Positions 13,939-28,679 of a stretch of 64,000 nucleotides of DNA are shown here, one piece after another (the first letter of the stretch is position 1; each line of letters opens with the position of its first letter). The position numbers were made by a program, and so were the translations under genes. The notes beneath the pieces were generated by a model. That model saw nothing but the letters and a program-made list of their open reading frames with translations. It ran no database searches and had not been told where the DNA came from. Origin of the DNA: Octopus vulgaris (taxonomy: Eukaryota); the NCBI GenBank assembly GCA_951406725.2, contig OX597826.1:80104001-80168000 (forward strand). The letters run 5' to 3'.

Positions 13939-14162
13939 CTTACTCTGTATCGAACAGTGCCATCAGAATGAAGATGCATCATACGGTTTGGTACAGTGAT
14001 ATTGTGGAAGTTTGCTTCCTTTTCATTGGCAAAATATAAATCCGGTACCCAGATTCTATCCATAAATTTTGTATCCAGTTCCAGATTTTCATCTGTACCC
14101 GTGGAAAATTTTAACCTGGGATCATTCCATTTTTGTGTGATGATAAAATTCATTGAGAAGTC
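13939..14162 (-). CDS. Same channel, 224-nt exon (loops D, A, E)
   Basis: ttttag|GAC TTC TCA ATG...GTA AG|gtaag gives [74 protein letters not shown](R). Contains the WxDxRL and WxPDLxFxNEK motifs. The phase-0 start joins the upstream exon. Confidence 0.96.
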
Positions 14163-14253
14163 CTAAAAGGAAGAAATAGTAAACAAATATTACTGGTCGG
14201 TTCTGGTTTCAAAACCTTGTTATTATTTAATACAGATTTTGGAGAGTTTAGAT

Positions 14254-14755
14254 CAGTGGTTCCCAACCACTTTTTACTTATTAAATAAATAAATGTTCCT
14301 TCTCAAGCCATGCCAGGCTCATAAGGGCCGGTTTCCCGGTTTCAGTGGCGTAGGAATTTCCCACCTTGACGGGACGCCGATCCGTCGCAGGATTACTCAT
14401 TTTTACCAGCTGAGCAACGTAAAAGAAAGTGTTTTTTGCTCAAGAACACAACGCATCGACCGGTCCAGGAATCGAAACCACAATCTTACGATCATGAGTT
14501 CAACACCCTAACCACTATGCCACGCGCCTCCAGTTTTTACTTATGTGCCCCTTTTAATCCGTTTTACTCGGTTGGACCCTCATAGCCTATCAGTGTATAA
14601 AAATATCACATATTTTTATAATTAAATATTAGAAAATGTATAAAAATATTGTTAAAATATTTTCTTGTGTACTGTAGAATTATTGCACAAAAAATTCAAT
14701 AGCAAAATCTTATGTGGACCCCAAAGGCCATACAGACCCCGGTTGTGAATCACTG
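14254..14755. mobile_element. hAT/Charlie-like MITE with a nested minus-strand SINE (~14285-14532)
   Basis: TIRs cagtggttcccaacc / ggttgtgaatcactg and subterminal ggaccc motifs. Lies about 90 nt from the exon acceptor. Confidence 0.75.
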
Positions 14756-15109
14756 TTTCAAACAAACAGTTGAGGATTTGTCATATTGTAGTAGTGTTTT
14801 TCCTTGTTCAATTTTTGGTTTCCCTTTTTAGAAATTGTGAGAATTTTTCAAAAGTTTTAGATTATTTCTTTGTAACCGGATTTGTTAGAATAAATACGAG
14901 CCACATGATAGATCAAATCTTATCGTCTGTGCCATAAAACGTAAATCTTGTATTTAAATAAGAGATGAATTAGAGTCTGTTAATAGTTCAGCAATATCAA
15001 TTTTGAGGCGGAGAAATAACCTAGCAAACATTTCTACCCATTAACTTTAATCCTGTTGAAACTGAAGTTACATCTCTGCCTCCCGAAAGCAAGAGATTAA
15101 TTGCTAACA

Positions 15110-17050
15110 GATTACTGGTCTGTTCTTGTCTCCATCGTTTCTGGAAAAGTTTAAAATAAAATTATATATAAAAAGGTGATCAGCAGGTATTGGAATCGGT
15201 AAAATGATGGGCAAAATACTTTGCCTTGTTTGTATTAAATTTTTCCAGCTCCTGGCTTCTATTCCCGTCGGTAAATAGTAATCAGACACAGAAACTCAGT
15301 TATTCGACGACCCTATTTCCCCAAATCATTATTGCTAGCAGACAACGAAAGAATGTCTACGCAGCCGCTCGGACTGATAGAAGTAGTAATATTTAAAGTC
15401 ACACTGAAGGGTAAAAAAATACAAAAAAAAAAGAAAGAAAACCATGAATGAGATATTGGATGATGTAAAAGAAAGATCGTTGTGAATGACGTCTAGGAAG
15501 TGAATTTCCTGCGCGCTGTCTCAATTTATACAAACAAATATAAACCATATACTTTAAGCTAGTATCAAACCCATTTTGATATTTGCCACCCATCTTTAAT
15601 CTTTAATAACCTATTTAGAAACATAAGTAAAATACTCTCCGACTGTCCTCAGATATGCAAACCTTTAATAATAGCGTATTCTGGAACAAAATTTCACGCA
15701 TACTTAACCCTGACCTATCTCCCACAAGTGTCGGACCCCGAGACGCCATCTGGTACACATTCATTTTTGTTGAACAGCATTAAACATTCTCCAGCCTGGC
15801 AACAAAATTTATCAATTCACTGTCGCCACATGAAATTCTTTAATAAGAACTACTTAAAAGTCAGCTGTCTATACTCCTAATATGAAAAATATTACTATTC
15901 GCGTGGCAAATATCTGCTTGCGGCAATGTGCATGCGCAGAAACGTCAATGAATTTCCGCTCTAGATTCGTGTAATATTGAAGCCATTTCTACCAAAACGT
16001 AACATTAGAAAATACATAGGAATGGCAAAAGGTTGATTCAATGACGCTGCTTCATTAATATTTCGTTATTCAGATACGCTGAACAGAACACGACTTGGTC
16101 AAACTGTAGATAGCGCTTAGCACCGGTTGAATGGTAGCCGCCAGATGACAAACAAATGCAAAATTTGCACCTGTGAAAATAGCCTCATTCTGGAAACAAA
16201 CCTCAATTTTCCGCTGAATCTGAACACATTTATTTTCTTCAAAAATATCAGTAAATATCTACAAATTTTGACTAATTGTGGAGTCGACAAATCTAAGTCG
16301 AGCAATCAGGAACATACATTTTCAAAAATTCAATTCAACATTGATTTCTCCTTATTCTCATTCAACATTTATGTAATGCATCCATTTCCGCAGACCATCA
16401 ATTTGTATCTGACTCTACAAACCCTATCCTGACTATTCCATCACAAACACTAAAGACAATATCACTTTTTTCAATGAACTGAAAACTTACTAAGCATTTT
16501 CGTGACTATTCAATTTGATTTATTGATTTATTTTCAATAACTATTTTCCCATTATTGATTTTATTACGTGGATTCAGCTTTCTTGCTCTCTTCCCATCCT
16601 CACTGCTATTTGATCCAGCAATCCCCTCCACGGGAACTCGGTTCTCTTATACCTTTAGCAATACTTCTAACTGTATTTTAACATCTTTTCTTCTCAAAGT
16701 CCGAATCACGATAATGTCAGGGAAACAACCCCTGAACAAATGAAGCAACGAACGATAAGATTATGACGAGTCTGTTCTTGTCTCCATCGTTTCTAGCAAA
16801 GTTCAGAATAAAATTATATATCAAAAGGTGATTAGCAGGTACTGGAATCGGCAAAATACTTTGCCTTGTTTGTGTTCAATTCCTTCAGCTCCCGGCTTCT
16901 ATTCCCATTGCTAAAAAGTAATCAAACACAGAAATTCCTGATCGCTCGACTTCGATCTGTCGACTCCACAATTAGTGTAAATTTGTAAGAAAATAAATGT
17001 GTTCAGCTGCAGCGGGAAATTGAAGTTTCAATTCAGAATGACACTATGCT
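15110..17050. repeat. Complex old repeat: direct pair (~15110-15297 / 16759-16937) plus inverted pair (~16178-16312 / 16935-17048)
   Basis: Direct match gtctgttcttgtctccatcgtttct. Inverted match ctaattgtggagtcgaca / tgtcgactccacaattag. Confidence 0.8.
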
Positions 17051-17937
17051 TATCATGTTCTAATGTGACGAGGATTCTGCCAACGAAGACAGTTCTTTGT
17101 TTGTATTCCGAGTATTTTTATGTAAATTCTTTTATATAACAGTACTTTCCCGGAGAGTAAAATGCCGTATTTCAGAGCCATATTGTATCATGTATTCAAT
17201 GAACAAGAACTGAAGTTCCAAATTTTGGATCCTTATAACAATTTAGCAATGTACATCTCTACTCCAATGAATAAGTACAACGCGAAACATCTACAGGAGA
17301 AATTGGAAGAAATAGCTGAGCGCCATGCTGGAGGTCTTCCTTTCAAGATGCTATGGACGCTGAAGATACGAAAATGTCACCAGGAAGATTAAGGATGCAG
17401 CATCTTTCAGAACCGAACCAAATTCCAAGGTATAAGTATCAACATTATCTCCCCCCATGAACATTATTACCTTTCAGGAAAACTTAGTTCCTATATGAAA
17501 AATTCTAAATAATCAAATAATGAAATTATTTTCTGTGTAAGAATTATTAATCTGTGTGAAGTCAAACATATTATATAAACAGCGACTATCATAAATTAGA
17601 AAATCGATCACAGTTATAGATAGACAAGCATCGAAGCAAAAACGAAAATGGAACTCAGAAATTAAAATTAGACAATAAATCAATTTGTCTTCCCAGTCTC
17701 ACGTATAAAAAATTCAAGGAGACTGTTGACATTAATCCCCAACGTAGATCAGTATATCCAAGTAAATTAGAAATATAAGACAAATCAGCAAAACATTTTC
17801 AGCAAAATTGAAAAATAAAATTAGGAAGAAATAGGATGAGATAAGCACCGTAATAAGCTGGTTTTAAAATATTAATAACAAAAAATGTGTTTCTGGCTTC
17901 ATCCAGTTTCACGATGTTGATCTTTATCCTTCGACAA

Positions 17938-18073
17938 TACAGTTCTGTATTTAAGAGATGGGGAATTATGTACATTATTTACATTATTTACATTTGACGG
18001 ATATTTGTCCTAATCTTGTTTCGAACCTGGGTTCTCATTCCTAAGGTATTTTCGATGCTGCTGCTGCTGTTGC

Positions 18074-18104
<31 letters not shown>

Positions 18105-18294
18105 ATTCAGGTCACTGCCTGGAATCGAACTCGGAATCTTGGGGTTAGTAAGACTATGTTAGGAATGAGAACCCACGTTCGAAATTTCCCCAAGACACCT
18201 GATGAAGGCTGGACGGTACATCAGCCGAAACGTTGTGTAAACAACAAAAATATGAGAACAAATATCCGTCAAATGTAAATAATGTAAATAATGT
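17938..18294 (+). mobile_element. Non-coding fold-back derivative of the same Penelope-like family
   Basis: Same termini as 5830-6804. Left and right halves are inverted copies (cgaacctgggttctcattcctaa / ttaggaatgagaacccacgttcg). Confidence 0.85.
18195..18238 (+). ncRNA. Minimal type I hammerhead ribozyme motif, intact core
   Basis: ACAC-CTGATGA-A-GGCTG-gacggtacat-CAGCC-GAAA-CG-TT-GTGT: 4-bp stem I, 5-bp stem II, and palindromic AACGTT in place of stem III. Confidence 0.8.
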
Positions 18295-18842
18295 TTATCC
18301 TACAACTTTTCAAAAATATCCCTCTGTAGCCTTAGATCTCAGCAAACGCTACAACAAAACGGATAATCCTTGTTTTGAACTCATACACATTCATTGAGGA
18401 CTCTAATCATTTACAAGAAGTTACTGGGATTGAACCTCAGCTACCCTTGGTTCAATTAATGATTGCACGGTGTTTTAAAGGCGACACAGCTATTGGTGAT
18501 TTCCTTTTCCTATAAACCTGATGTACTTTGCAAGAAGTTTTCCTCGTCATATATATATAGATGCAGCACGAAGTTTTGTCAGTGAACAGGTCGCGGTCTC
18601 AAAGCGACGAAACTATTTTGACAAATTAAATTTAAATGTTGAAGTGAATTTAACGGTTTTTGTGTGTTTCTTAAATGGCTTATAAACACCTTCTACGCTG
18701 CAATTGTTTTCGTTCCAGCACACGATCTCAGATCAAGTCACTCGCTATGCAAGTGCATCTCCGTAATATATCTATCTATATATATATATATACAGTATTA
18801 TAAAGAGTCAGGCTGGCTGTATCATTCTATAACGAGCTTACA

Positions 18843-19211
18843 CGTGGTCCGATCAATAAGTACCAGGACTGTTGCTATAGTAACGAACTATAAAGCACGA
18901 TGAGTGAAACCGATTCGCACAAAGTAACTTTGAACGCTTTTGTGCGTGCGCACTAAGTTTTAACGTTCTATCTCACTTTCGCTGGTTACCGCAGTGCTTG
19001 GAAGGAAGGTGTGTAGTGTGTGATCGTCACATTGACCATGACAGAGAAAGTTGTCACGGCGATACCTGCTCAGAGGCCTACGCAAAGTTAAAACGTTAAA
19101 ACTCAGTGCGCATGTACAGTAGTGTTCAAGGGCAATATGAGTCAAGCAACGCCACACTGCGTGCTTTAGCTTCGTTACTTATTGATCCAGATCCTTATTG
19201 ACCAGACTTCG
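18843..19211. mobile_element. MITE of the same mariner family as 36631-37534
   Basis: Ends cgtggtccgatcaataag / cttattgaccagacttcg-ta. Shared internal cttggaaggaaggtgtgtag and gcgatacctgctcagag. Confidence 0.8.
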
Positions 19212-20183
19212 TATTGGATGTCTCTTCAAAAATCTTAGCACCTTCGTTGACTCCGGTCTAAACTGTATAACAACAACCAGCCTCAGTATAACACATTCCT
19301 GAGTTACGCTCAGATTGTACGGTCAAAACGATAAAAGTACACAAAACCTAAGAAGAGAACCACATAAACATTAACCGTCGCTACCCAAACAGAATCTTTA
19401 AAATCCCGGATCCTACTAAAAGCAAGCGCTAAAACTGAGAAGCTTTGATAATGTATTTACGCGTGTGTGAATGTACGTACTCCAACAGGGCATTCTATTT
19501 ACGCATACCGCTTAGCTGTATGTGGTACGTGCAGGTGTGCTCTTACATTCTGCCTATGACTGTTCACTATGTCTATGTCCCGTTTTGCACCCCTCATCTT
19601 TTGTGCGTCTGTTTACCATTCTATTTGTATTAATTAAACTTCTCACTACTTTCTTGTTATCCCTCATTACAAACTGCTAAATATTTCTGTCCATTCCTGT
19701 CGGGAATTTTTGTCTTTCTAATTCTGAACAATACTTACAGACAGCGGAATCTTAATTTTTCACATTCTTTACTGGTTCATAACTACTCTTTGCTTGCTAA
19801 TTACATCTTACTGAACACAGTTCTCTGATAGCTCATCGCATATCCTCTCCTTGTATCACATGCACTATTTCTCTACGCATTTTCTTCATACATAACTTTT
19901 ACTGATCATTTTGTTTCTTCTTATTCTGCTTTCACATTCTACCGCTTTGAACAGCTCTCAACATCTCATCTGTTTTAATGACCTGGATCTTGTTACGAAC
20001 TTTGATGATCTCTCCTTCAAAATTTTCTTACCTTATTCTGCAGCTTTCCACATCTCACCGGTTTTAATGACGTGGATCTCGCTAGACACTTTGGCGATCT
20101 CTCCTTCGGGGTTTACTTACTTTATTCTGCTGCTCTCACACGACACTCACCATCTCCCACAGTGCTCACAACTCACCACCCAC

Positions 20184-20227
<44 letters not shown>

Positions 20228-20858
20228 CTTCCATACAATTCACACCGTGTACTCCACACTTTACCTGCGATACTCACCTCATTCACACTAACTCCCAAAT
20301 ACACACACCATCCATGATGTCGTCATTAGTACCTCCATCACATCATCAATCATTTTTTACTTGTTTTTTTTGTTGCTCATTTGCAATTTTGCGGCAAAGA
20401 CATTGCCGTCTTTCGTTTTGTTTTTTTTAAAGATACTTTCACAGACCACGAACAGAAAACGAATTCAATAAACTCCGCTACGAATTCTTTTATTGTTTCA
20501 ATTCTGCCGCCATAAAAGAACACCATCACCAGAATTTACGAACTCTAGATTTTTACCGCAAACACACAGAAGCACAAATACACACACACACTCACATGCA
20601 CATTTACACATGCACACACGCACACACACACATATCTGTGTGTGGTGGTGGTGTGGTGGAGTGAATAAAAAAAAATTATGCACATCATATATAGATATAC
20701 CTAATGAAGACGAAGTGTACAAGTCCCAAACTGTTTCTGCCTGAGAAACTTTTTATAGAATTTATCTTCATTAGCTATTTGCACCCAACACCAATTAGAG
20801 TTTTCGTTGTGTGTGTATATATGGGTGTGTATCTATGTACGTGTGTGTGTGTGTGTCT

Positions 20859-20895
<37 letters not shown>

Positions 20896-21009
20896 TGTGT
20901 ATGTGTGTGTGTGTGTGTGTGCGTGTGTGTACATGAAATCAGTTCACAACGGAAAAAAAAACAATGTACATTTCCCATGTGAAGTAGGATTAAACTCCGA
21001 ATAACGATC

Positions 21010-21635
<626 letters not shown>

Positions 21636-21748
21636 AATGCAAGCCATAAACAATTCACGTTCACGTTGCGCATTATTTTCCATCGTATATCATAAACACC
21701 CAAACTGGTGTATATAATATATAATAGGTAAGGTATAATATATATTCA

Positions 21749-21993
21749 GTGAAGGTGCATGGCTCAGTGGTTAGAACGTCGAGCTTACGATCGTGAGTTT
21801 GTGAGTTCGATTCCCGGACTGTGTGTTGCGTTCTTGAGCAAGACACTTTATTTCACGTTGCTCCAGTTCACTCAGCTGTAGGAATGAGTTGCGACGTCAC
21901 AGGTGCCAAGCTGTATCGGCCCCTTTGCTTTTCCCTTGGATAACATCGGTGGCGTGGAGAGGAGGGGCTGGTATGCATGGACGACTGCTGGAG
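21749..21993 (+). mobile_element. SINE with family A head and an alternative tail
   Basis: Head and core match family A; the sequence diverges after aatgagt. Confidence 0.75.
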
Positions 21994-22552
21994 TCGAGTT
22001 AATACATATTCAGTTAACATAGTTGGTTTTCTGAAATGACTTACGAAATTAAAATAGCCATTATTTATATAGATATGTGTGTGTATGCGTGTATACATAC
22101 AAACACGCACACACGATCGTGCGCGGTCATATATATATATATGTGTGTGTGTATATTTGTATATTTTACTCGATGAAACCATAGAGAAAATGAAAGTATA
22201 ATTGGTTAATGAGATCTATTTATCAACGCATAATTTGTTTCTGTGCGCGATGCTCATCTCCTTCGTACAGAGACACGCAACTCGAACGTTTCCACATTCA
22301 CAAATGCGCACAAATACAGACATAGATTTACAAGCAAATCAGGAAGTATGCAAATATTCACATATGAATACCCATACATATATATACACTTAGTTGCATG
22401 TGTAGCCTGAAACCCGTTCTCTCATACACGTTTCTTTTCTCTTGCTTTCTTTCATATATCTTCCATCCCTTCACTTCCCCCTCTTGTTTGGATTAACTTT
22501 ATATATGTATATATAAATACATATATATGTATGAATATGTACATATATATAA

Positions 22553-22625
<73 letters not shown>

Positions 22626-23076
22626 GTATATATATATATTCAGAGTGAGAGCGGGAGGGAGGAGGGCAAAAGAAAGTGAATACGTGTAGTTGGCATGTAA
22701 GTGTATGAGTATGCGTGCAGATATATATATATAACTGTGACCATGCTTTGATGTATGTATTGGTGTCTTTCAATTCGGCAAAACAAAGCCTGTCTCTATC
22801 TCTAAACATCAATCGAAATTCCTTTATCGAATTTCAAAGCCTAATTTTCAAAGTTTAAAAATGTCTGGAATGTGTTTTACTCTTAGCAGTCAATGTTCAA
22901 CTTATATAGTCGATAAACGAGTAGACGGGTAGTAAAATCGAAGGAAATATCTATCACTCTAATATTCTTTCTTAGACACAACAAGTCGAATGGTTATCAA
23001 GCTCATGACCCTAAGATCTTTTGCCGAATGTCCTAACCTCTAAGCCTTTCGTCCGGCTTGCCAACGAGTTTACATG

Positions 23077-23178
23077 TTGGCAGAGTCATTAGCACGCTGG
23101 ACTCAATGCTTAGCGGTATTTTACACACAGGTATACACAGGTACACACACATACACAAGCACACACACAGCGGCACAC

Positions 23179-23213
<35 letters not shown>

Positions 23214-23405
23214 TCCACCCCGAACATCGCTTGACAACCGATGCTGGTGTGTTTACGTATCCGTAACTTACCGGTTTGGCAATAGAGAACGATAGCATCA
23301 GCACTAGGCTTACAAACAATAAGTCCTGGGGTCGATTTGCTCGACTAAAGGCGGTGCTGCAGAATGGCCGCAGTCAAATGACTGAAACAAGTGAAAGAAT
23401 AAGAG

Positions 23406-23408
<3 letters not shown>
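23077..23408 (+). mobile_element. Chimeric SINE: family C-like head with family D tail
   Basis: tggcagagtcattagcacgctgg...atgcttagcggtattt, then (TG)n and the D tail. Confidence 0.7.
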
Positions 23409-23464
<56 letters not shown>

Positions 23465-23715
23465 CCTAGTAGGGAATAAAGGCAGAGTATTTCCAGAGAA
23501 ACACTCAACCTGAATTCTGGATTACCAGCACTGTCGGTTTCCAGATCAGCACCGAAATTCATCAAGCGTAGAAAACCCTGGCTTCACGACGGTCAACACC
23601 GCTGTTTTGGTCTTTCCGAGTGTTGTTTATAATCCAAATAATAAGAAAACAAAGACATTCATTAATACATCTTTAATGTTTCCTTACAATTGTTTCTGTA
23701 CCACCTCTGCTTTAT

Positions 23716-23909
23716 GTGCAAAAAAAAATTCGAAGTAGAAATTTACGTAATATTTGCGGTTTTAGACATTAGAGTGGCAGCACTTTATCAGACTCGCATC
23801 AAATGCCTGCTGCTACGTTGTGAATCTTTGATGCAAGTCTGATAAGGTGCAGCCGCTCTGATGTCTGAAATCGCAAAAATTATGACAATTTTCACTCTGA
23901 ATTTTTGCG
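23716..23909. repeat. Fold-back or MITE-like imperfect palindrome
   Basis: ttagacattagagtggcagcactttatcagactcgcatcaaa / tttgatgcaagtctgataaggtgcagccgctctgatgtctga. Confidence 0.85.
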
Positions 23910-25057
23910 AAAACTGATGTTGCAAGCAGGACAGGGTCCATCGTAACGTATCATGTAAGATGTGTTAGCGAATTTCTTTGTGCCCTTACTATGTGGATTA
24001 TATATATATATACACTACGGTCTTCTTTCACTTTCCGTATCAAATCCGTTCACAATGCTTTGGTCGGCTCGAGGCTATAGTAGAAAAAACCTTATCCAAG
24101 GTACCACGCCGCTGGTCTGAACCCAGAACCAGGTGATTTAGAAGCAAATTTCTTAAAGCACAGTCACGCTTGCCAGTTTTTATTTATTTCCTTAATTTTA
24201 TTTTTCTGGCATATGTTATCCACTGAAAAGGCAGTCTCAGATACAGGTTTCACACCAGTATTGTGCTGTCGAAGGCGTAGCTGTCGAAGTACAATGAAAC
24301 AGAATATATCTCACAACCCAGGTATTTTGTCCGGCGCTATAAACGGTCGCGCTAATTCAGCGTCCCAGGTGAATGGATGAAAAGAGAAGTTGAGCTTTGT
24401 GGCAAAGAGTCGGAAGAGACGCTAAGTGCCATCCAATACAACTCTTTGACTACACTGCCCATTGGACGCTTTATCCTAGACGCAAGTCAAAGATATGGGA
24501 TTAAATAGATAGGACATAACGATAAAAGAAACACTGGTATGTTTGATAGGGTTTATGGAGTAAAGGAGTCCTACCATATTTATTTCTAGCGGATCGTGTG
24601 ATCACGTAGACAATCCTTAGTCTCTACGGGATCATGTGTAATCAGCATCGATTTAGCCCTCCCTTAATGTTCTTAATCGATAGTATCCTACTTCTAAAAA
24701 TACATAAACAATAACAAATAATGATGATTTTTGGCAAATCTTAACTACCAGCAGAAAAGGATTTAAATTTAATGATTTTTTTCTTCTTTTGCTTTGATCA
24801 AAAAATTAGAATATCTTAAGACAAAAGTAAATAAAAACGAATCGAATTTTTCTTTTGTAATGTTGACTAGTTTTTATGATAGATTGCGTTAGAGATTCTG
24901 CTGAATTCCTTTAAACAAATAAAAATCCCTCCAACGAATGTTTCTGCTTCTAAACGAGACAAAGAACAAAAAATATAAACTGGGTTTTAGTAATGTTGGC
25001 ATGTTTACGAAAGGAAAACGAAAAACGAAATAATGATGATGAGGATGATGTTGTTGT

Positions 25058-25134
<77 letters not shown>

Positions 25135-26313
25135 GTGGTGGTGATGATGATGATGATAAAGCGTGGAATGAGAAATGATAGAGAGAGAAAAAGAAAAATG
25201 CTGTGTATCTGATTTTTATAATTTTCTGTAATTTATCATTTGGGTTGGTATACATACATGCATACATACATAGGTATATATGTGCATGGGTATATGCATG
25301 CGTGTATATGTAGCTATATATATATATGTGTGTGTGTATGTGTGTGTGTGTGTGTGCGTGTGTGTATCTATGTACATATGTGTGTATGTGTATGTGTGTA
25401 TATATGTTTGTGTGCGTGTGCGCGCGCTTTCCGTTCGAAATTTGCAAAACAAATATCCGTGACGATCATCATAGGCCAATCACCTGAAAACTCTACCAGA
25501 AAACTAAAGAATTCTCTCGATAAAGATTCTTTCAAATATTTCCAATTCAAAGATTATATTATATCCGCTCAAAATCCCAAATCCAAACTTATATTCTTCA
25601 ACTTAAAATTGATATTGGACTGGACACGATTTAACCATCCTAAATACACCGTTTTGTTAATTCCAACGAGTGGTTAGTCGTATTTTAAAATGATTTTTGT
25701 TTCTTTACTATTTTGTTTTTTTTTTATAAATATTTTTTCAAAATATTCCAGTTTTATGTCATCGGTTTTTTATATGTTTTTTTTCTTCACGTTTTTGTTA
25801 TTTCTTCTTTTTATGGAATGTTTAAATTCGATTGCAGTCTTTAAATTTTGCTTATGCTCATTTTTTATCTGAATTTTTATATTTAAGAAGTAAATAAAGC
25901 TCTTTTCGAAATATTCTCATGGCTAAAAATCACTGAAAATCTTTGGTATTTGAATTTTAGAAAAACGAAAACAATTTTTATTTTCAATCAAAAAATTATG
26001 AACATACAAAAACCAAGATGACAGATGGTATTTTATTATTATTATTCGAATAATCCGCACTTTCACGAGGATCCTCCTCTGTCTACCCTTCTGCCTCCTC
26101 ACCCTCCTCCTCATCACCAACATCATTTATCATCATCGTTATCATCACTATTACTAAAATTATCATAAACTTCATCCTCATCGTTTCTAATAACGTTTAT
26201 CATTCAGGTTTTGCAAAGACCAACCGCAGATAATTTCCGTGATACTAGAGTCGCATGTTTAAACACGAATACACGCACGCACATACGCGCACGCACACGC
26301 ACAGACACACAGA

Positions 26314-26366
<53 letters not shown>

Positions 26367-27167
26367 ACGCACGCACGGACACACTCATGCACATACATGA
26401 GTATACGCACATACACGCGCTTGCACACTCACACAAGGATTGATAAGACAGACAGACGGACGGATGTATGGATGAATGGACAAACAGACAGACAGACAGA
26501 GGGACAGACAGACAGACAGACCGAGAGATAAATAGATAGGATACATGTAAAACTAATTTTCTATATTCTATGTGTAAGCGTTCTATGCCATCTTTTTCTT
26601 TAATAACTCTGGAGCCACACACAATTATAAACTCTTACACACACACACATACACATGAATACACTACAAATTTTCACGAGCAATTATCAATTTATATCAT
26701 CGTCTGGTATTTGTCAAAATCGAGTACGAAAATTAAATACGATATATAACTTGGCAATAATTTCCGTACTAAAATTTTTATAAAATTATTAAAAGTATAA
26801 AACGATTTTAATCTGCCTCGAAAAATCTAAAATAATCCATTAGGCAAAGATAGATAGCAGAAAACATTCTGTCTTTGCTACATTCCCCACCAACCGTACC
26901 TTCATATAATTCATACCAGGCTAAATAAATGATTTTTTAAAAAGTTTTAATATTATTATTACAATATATGTTTTTAAAAATTGTATAAAATATGATTATG
27001 TGAAAAGATTTTTATCGCACAAGAAAGAGTAACAAGAAAGGAAAACGTATTGGCTCGGCAAGCTCAATGGATCTATGAAGTATAATAAATCAGGACAATA
27101 TATTTACAATTTACCCCATTCCGCCGTTTGTTCCGTGATAAAGAAACAGTAATACCTTTTGTGTAAA

Positions 27168-27567
27168 TCTTTATATATAAAAGTGAGGTTGTGTGCTGTC
27201 TGTCTCCTACGATTTAGATTCCTAACTACTCCCACATTTTGCGGTGCAGTTTAACCAAAACCAGGTATCTTATAGTCGTGATTCATATCGAGCCCTTCTG
27301 GGTATTAGCGCGCGGCTACGATGAGTCTACGATTTAAAAAAAAAAATTACCATCAATTTTTCCCATTTTTTAATGCATTTTTGGCATATATAAGGGAAGT
27401 AACTCTCTAAAAATTTATTATTAAATCTCAGAACGTAAAACGCTACAGTAACACCCCCCCCTTTTGTGGTTAGCCATATTGAGATGGCTATTATACTTTA
27501 CATCTCTAAAAATGCTTATATAGTTATTTCCCTTACAAACCCGAGCAACGCCGGGCGATACTGCTAG
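27168..27567 (+). mobile_element. Non-autonomous Helitron (400 nt)
   Basis: 5' a|TCtttatatataaaag; 3' hairpin cccgagcaacgccggg, then CTAG|t. A/T target site and no TSD. Confidence 0.88.
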
Positions 27568-27889
27568 TCCTTAATAAAAATTGATATATATATATATTTG
27601 TAAACTATATTTTGAAATACTTTTTCAAATATCTTTAATGTAGAAGTATCAGATAAACATGAAGCAAACAGAATGGCTACGAATTAAACGTTTAAGAATT
27701 GTATTAAACTATAAAATTAATTAAATAAGCATTGAATCGGTAAAGTACCGAATGGAGACGAATAGCGACCTCTGGCATTGCTACTAACGACCCGTCTTTA
27801 CAGCCCTATTCTTTCGTTATAATGTTCTAAACATTTGTGGTTCCTTTTAGTGTGTAGAGAGAGATAATCATTTCTTCAAAATATTTCTT

Positions 27890-27992
27890 CCACTGCGTGG
27901 TACCTTGGGTAAGTGTCTTCTACTATAGCCTCAAGCCGACCAATGCCTTGGGAGTGGATTTGGTTAATGGAAACTGAAAGAAGCCCGTCGTG

Positions 27993-28052
<60 letters not shown>

Positions 28053-28255
28053 TTTGTGTCTGTGTTTGGCTTCCCAACATCGCTTCACAACCGATGTTGA
28101 TGTGTTTACGTCCCCGTAACATAGCAGTTCGGTAAAAGAGGCTGATAGAATAAGTACTAGGCTTACAATGAATATGTCCCGGGGTCGGTTTGTTCGACTA
28201 AATGCGGTGCTCCAGTATGGCCGCAATCAAATGACTGAAACAAGTAAATGAGTAA
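27890..28255 (+). mobile_element. SINE family D, 5'-truncated
   Basis: Homology to the other family D copies. Confidence 0.85.
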
Positions 28256-28679
28256 ATACACACACACACACACACACATATATATATTTGTGTTTGTGTA
28301 TGTATACAGCTATATACATACATATGTGTGCGTGTGTGTACTATGTATGTATACATAGGTAAACACACACACGTGCGCACAGTGCGAAATAGAAAAAAGA
28401 GTTACAATGCTACAAGTGTGTGTGAGTGTGTGTGTGTGCGTGTGTGTACGTGTGTGTGTGCGTGTGTGTACGTGTGTGTGTGCGTGTGTGTACGTGTGTG
28501 TGTGCGTGTGTGTACGTGTGTGTGTACAGCTGTGTAAAATTCTAAACAAAATCTCCCCACCACACACACACCTTAAGTCTGATGATAGATGAGAACACAG
28601 TGTGTTGGTGGGTGTCGCTGCTGGGTGGGGATAAAAGCCAGTTATCTGCAGTAATGAAATTATATCGCCAACAAGCGAA

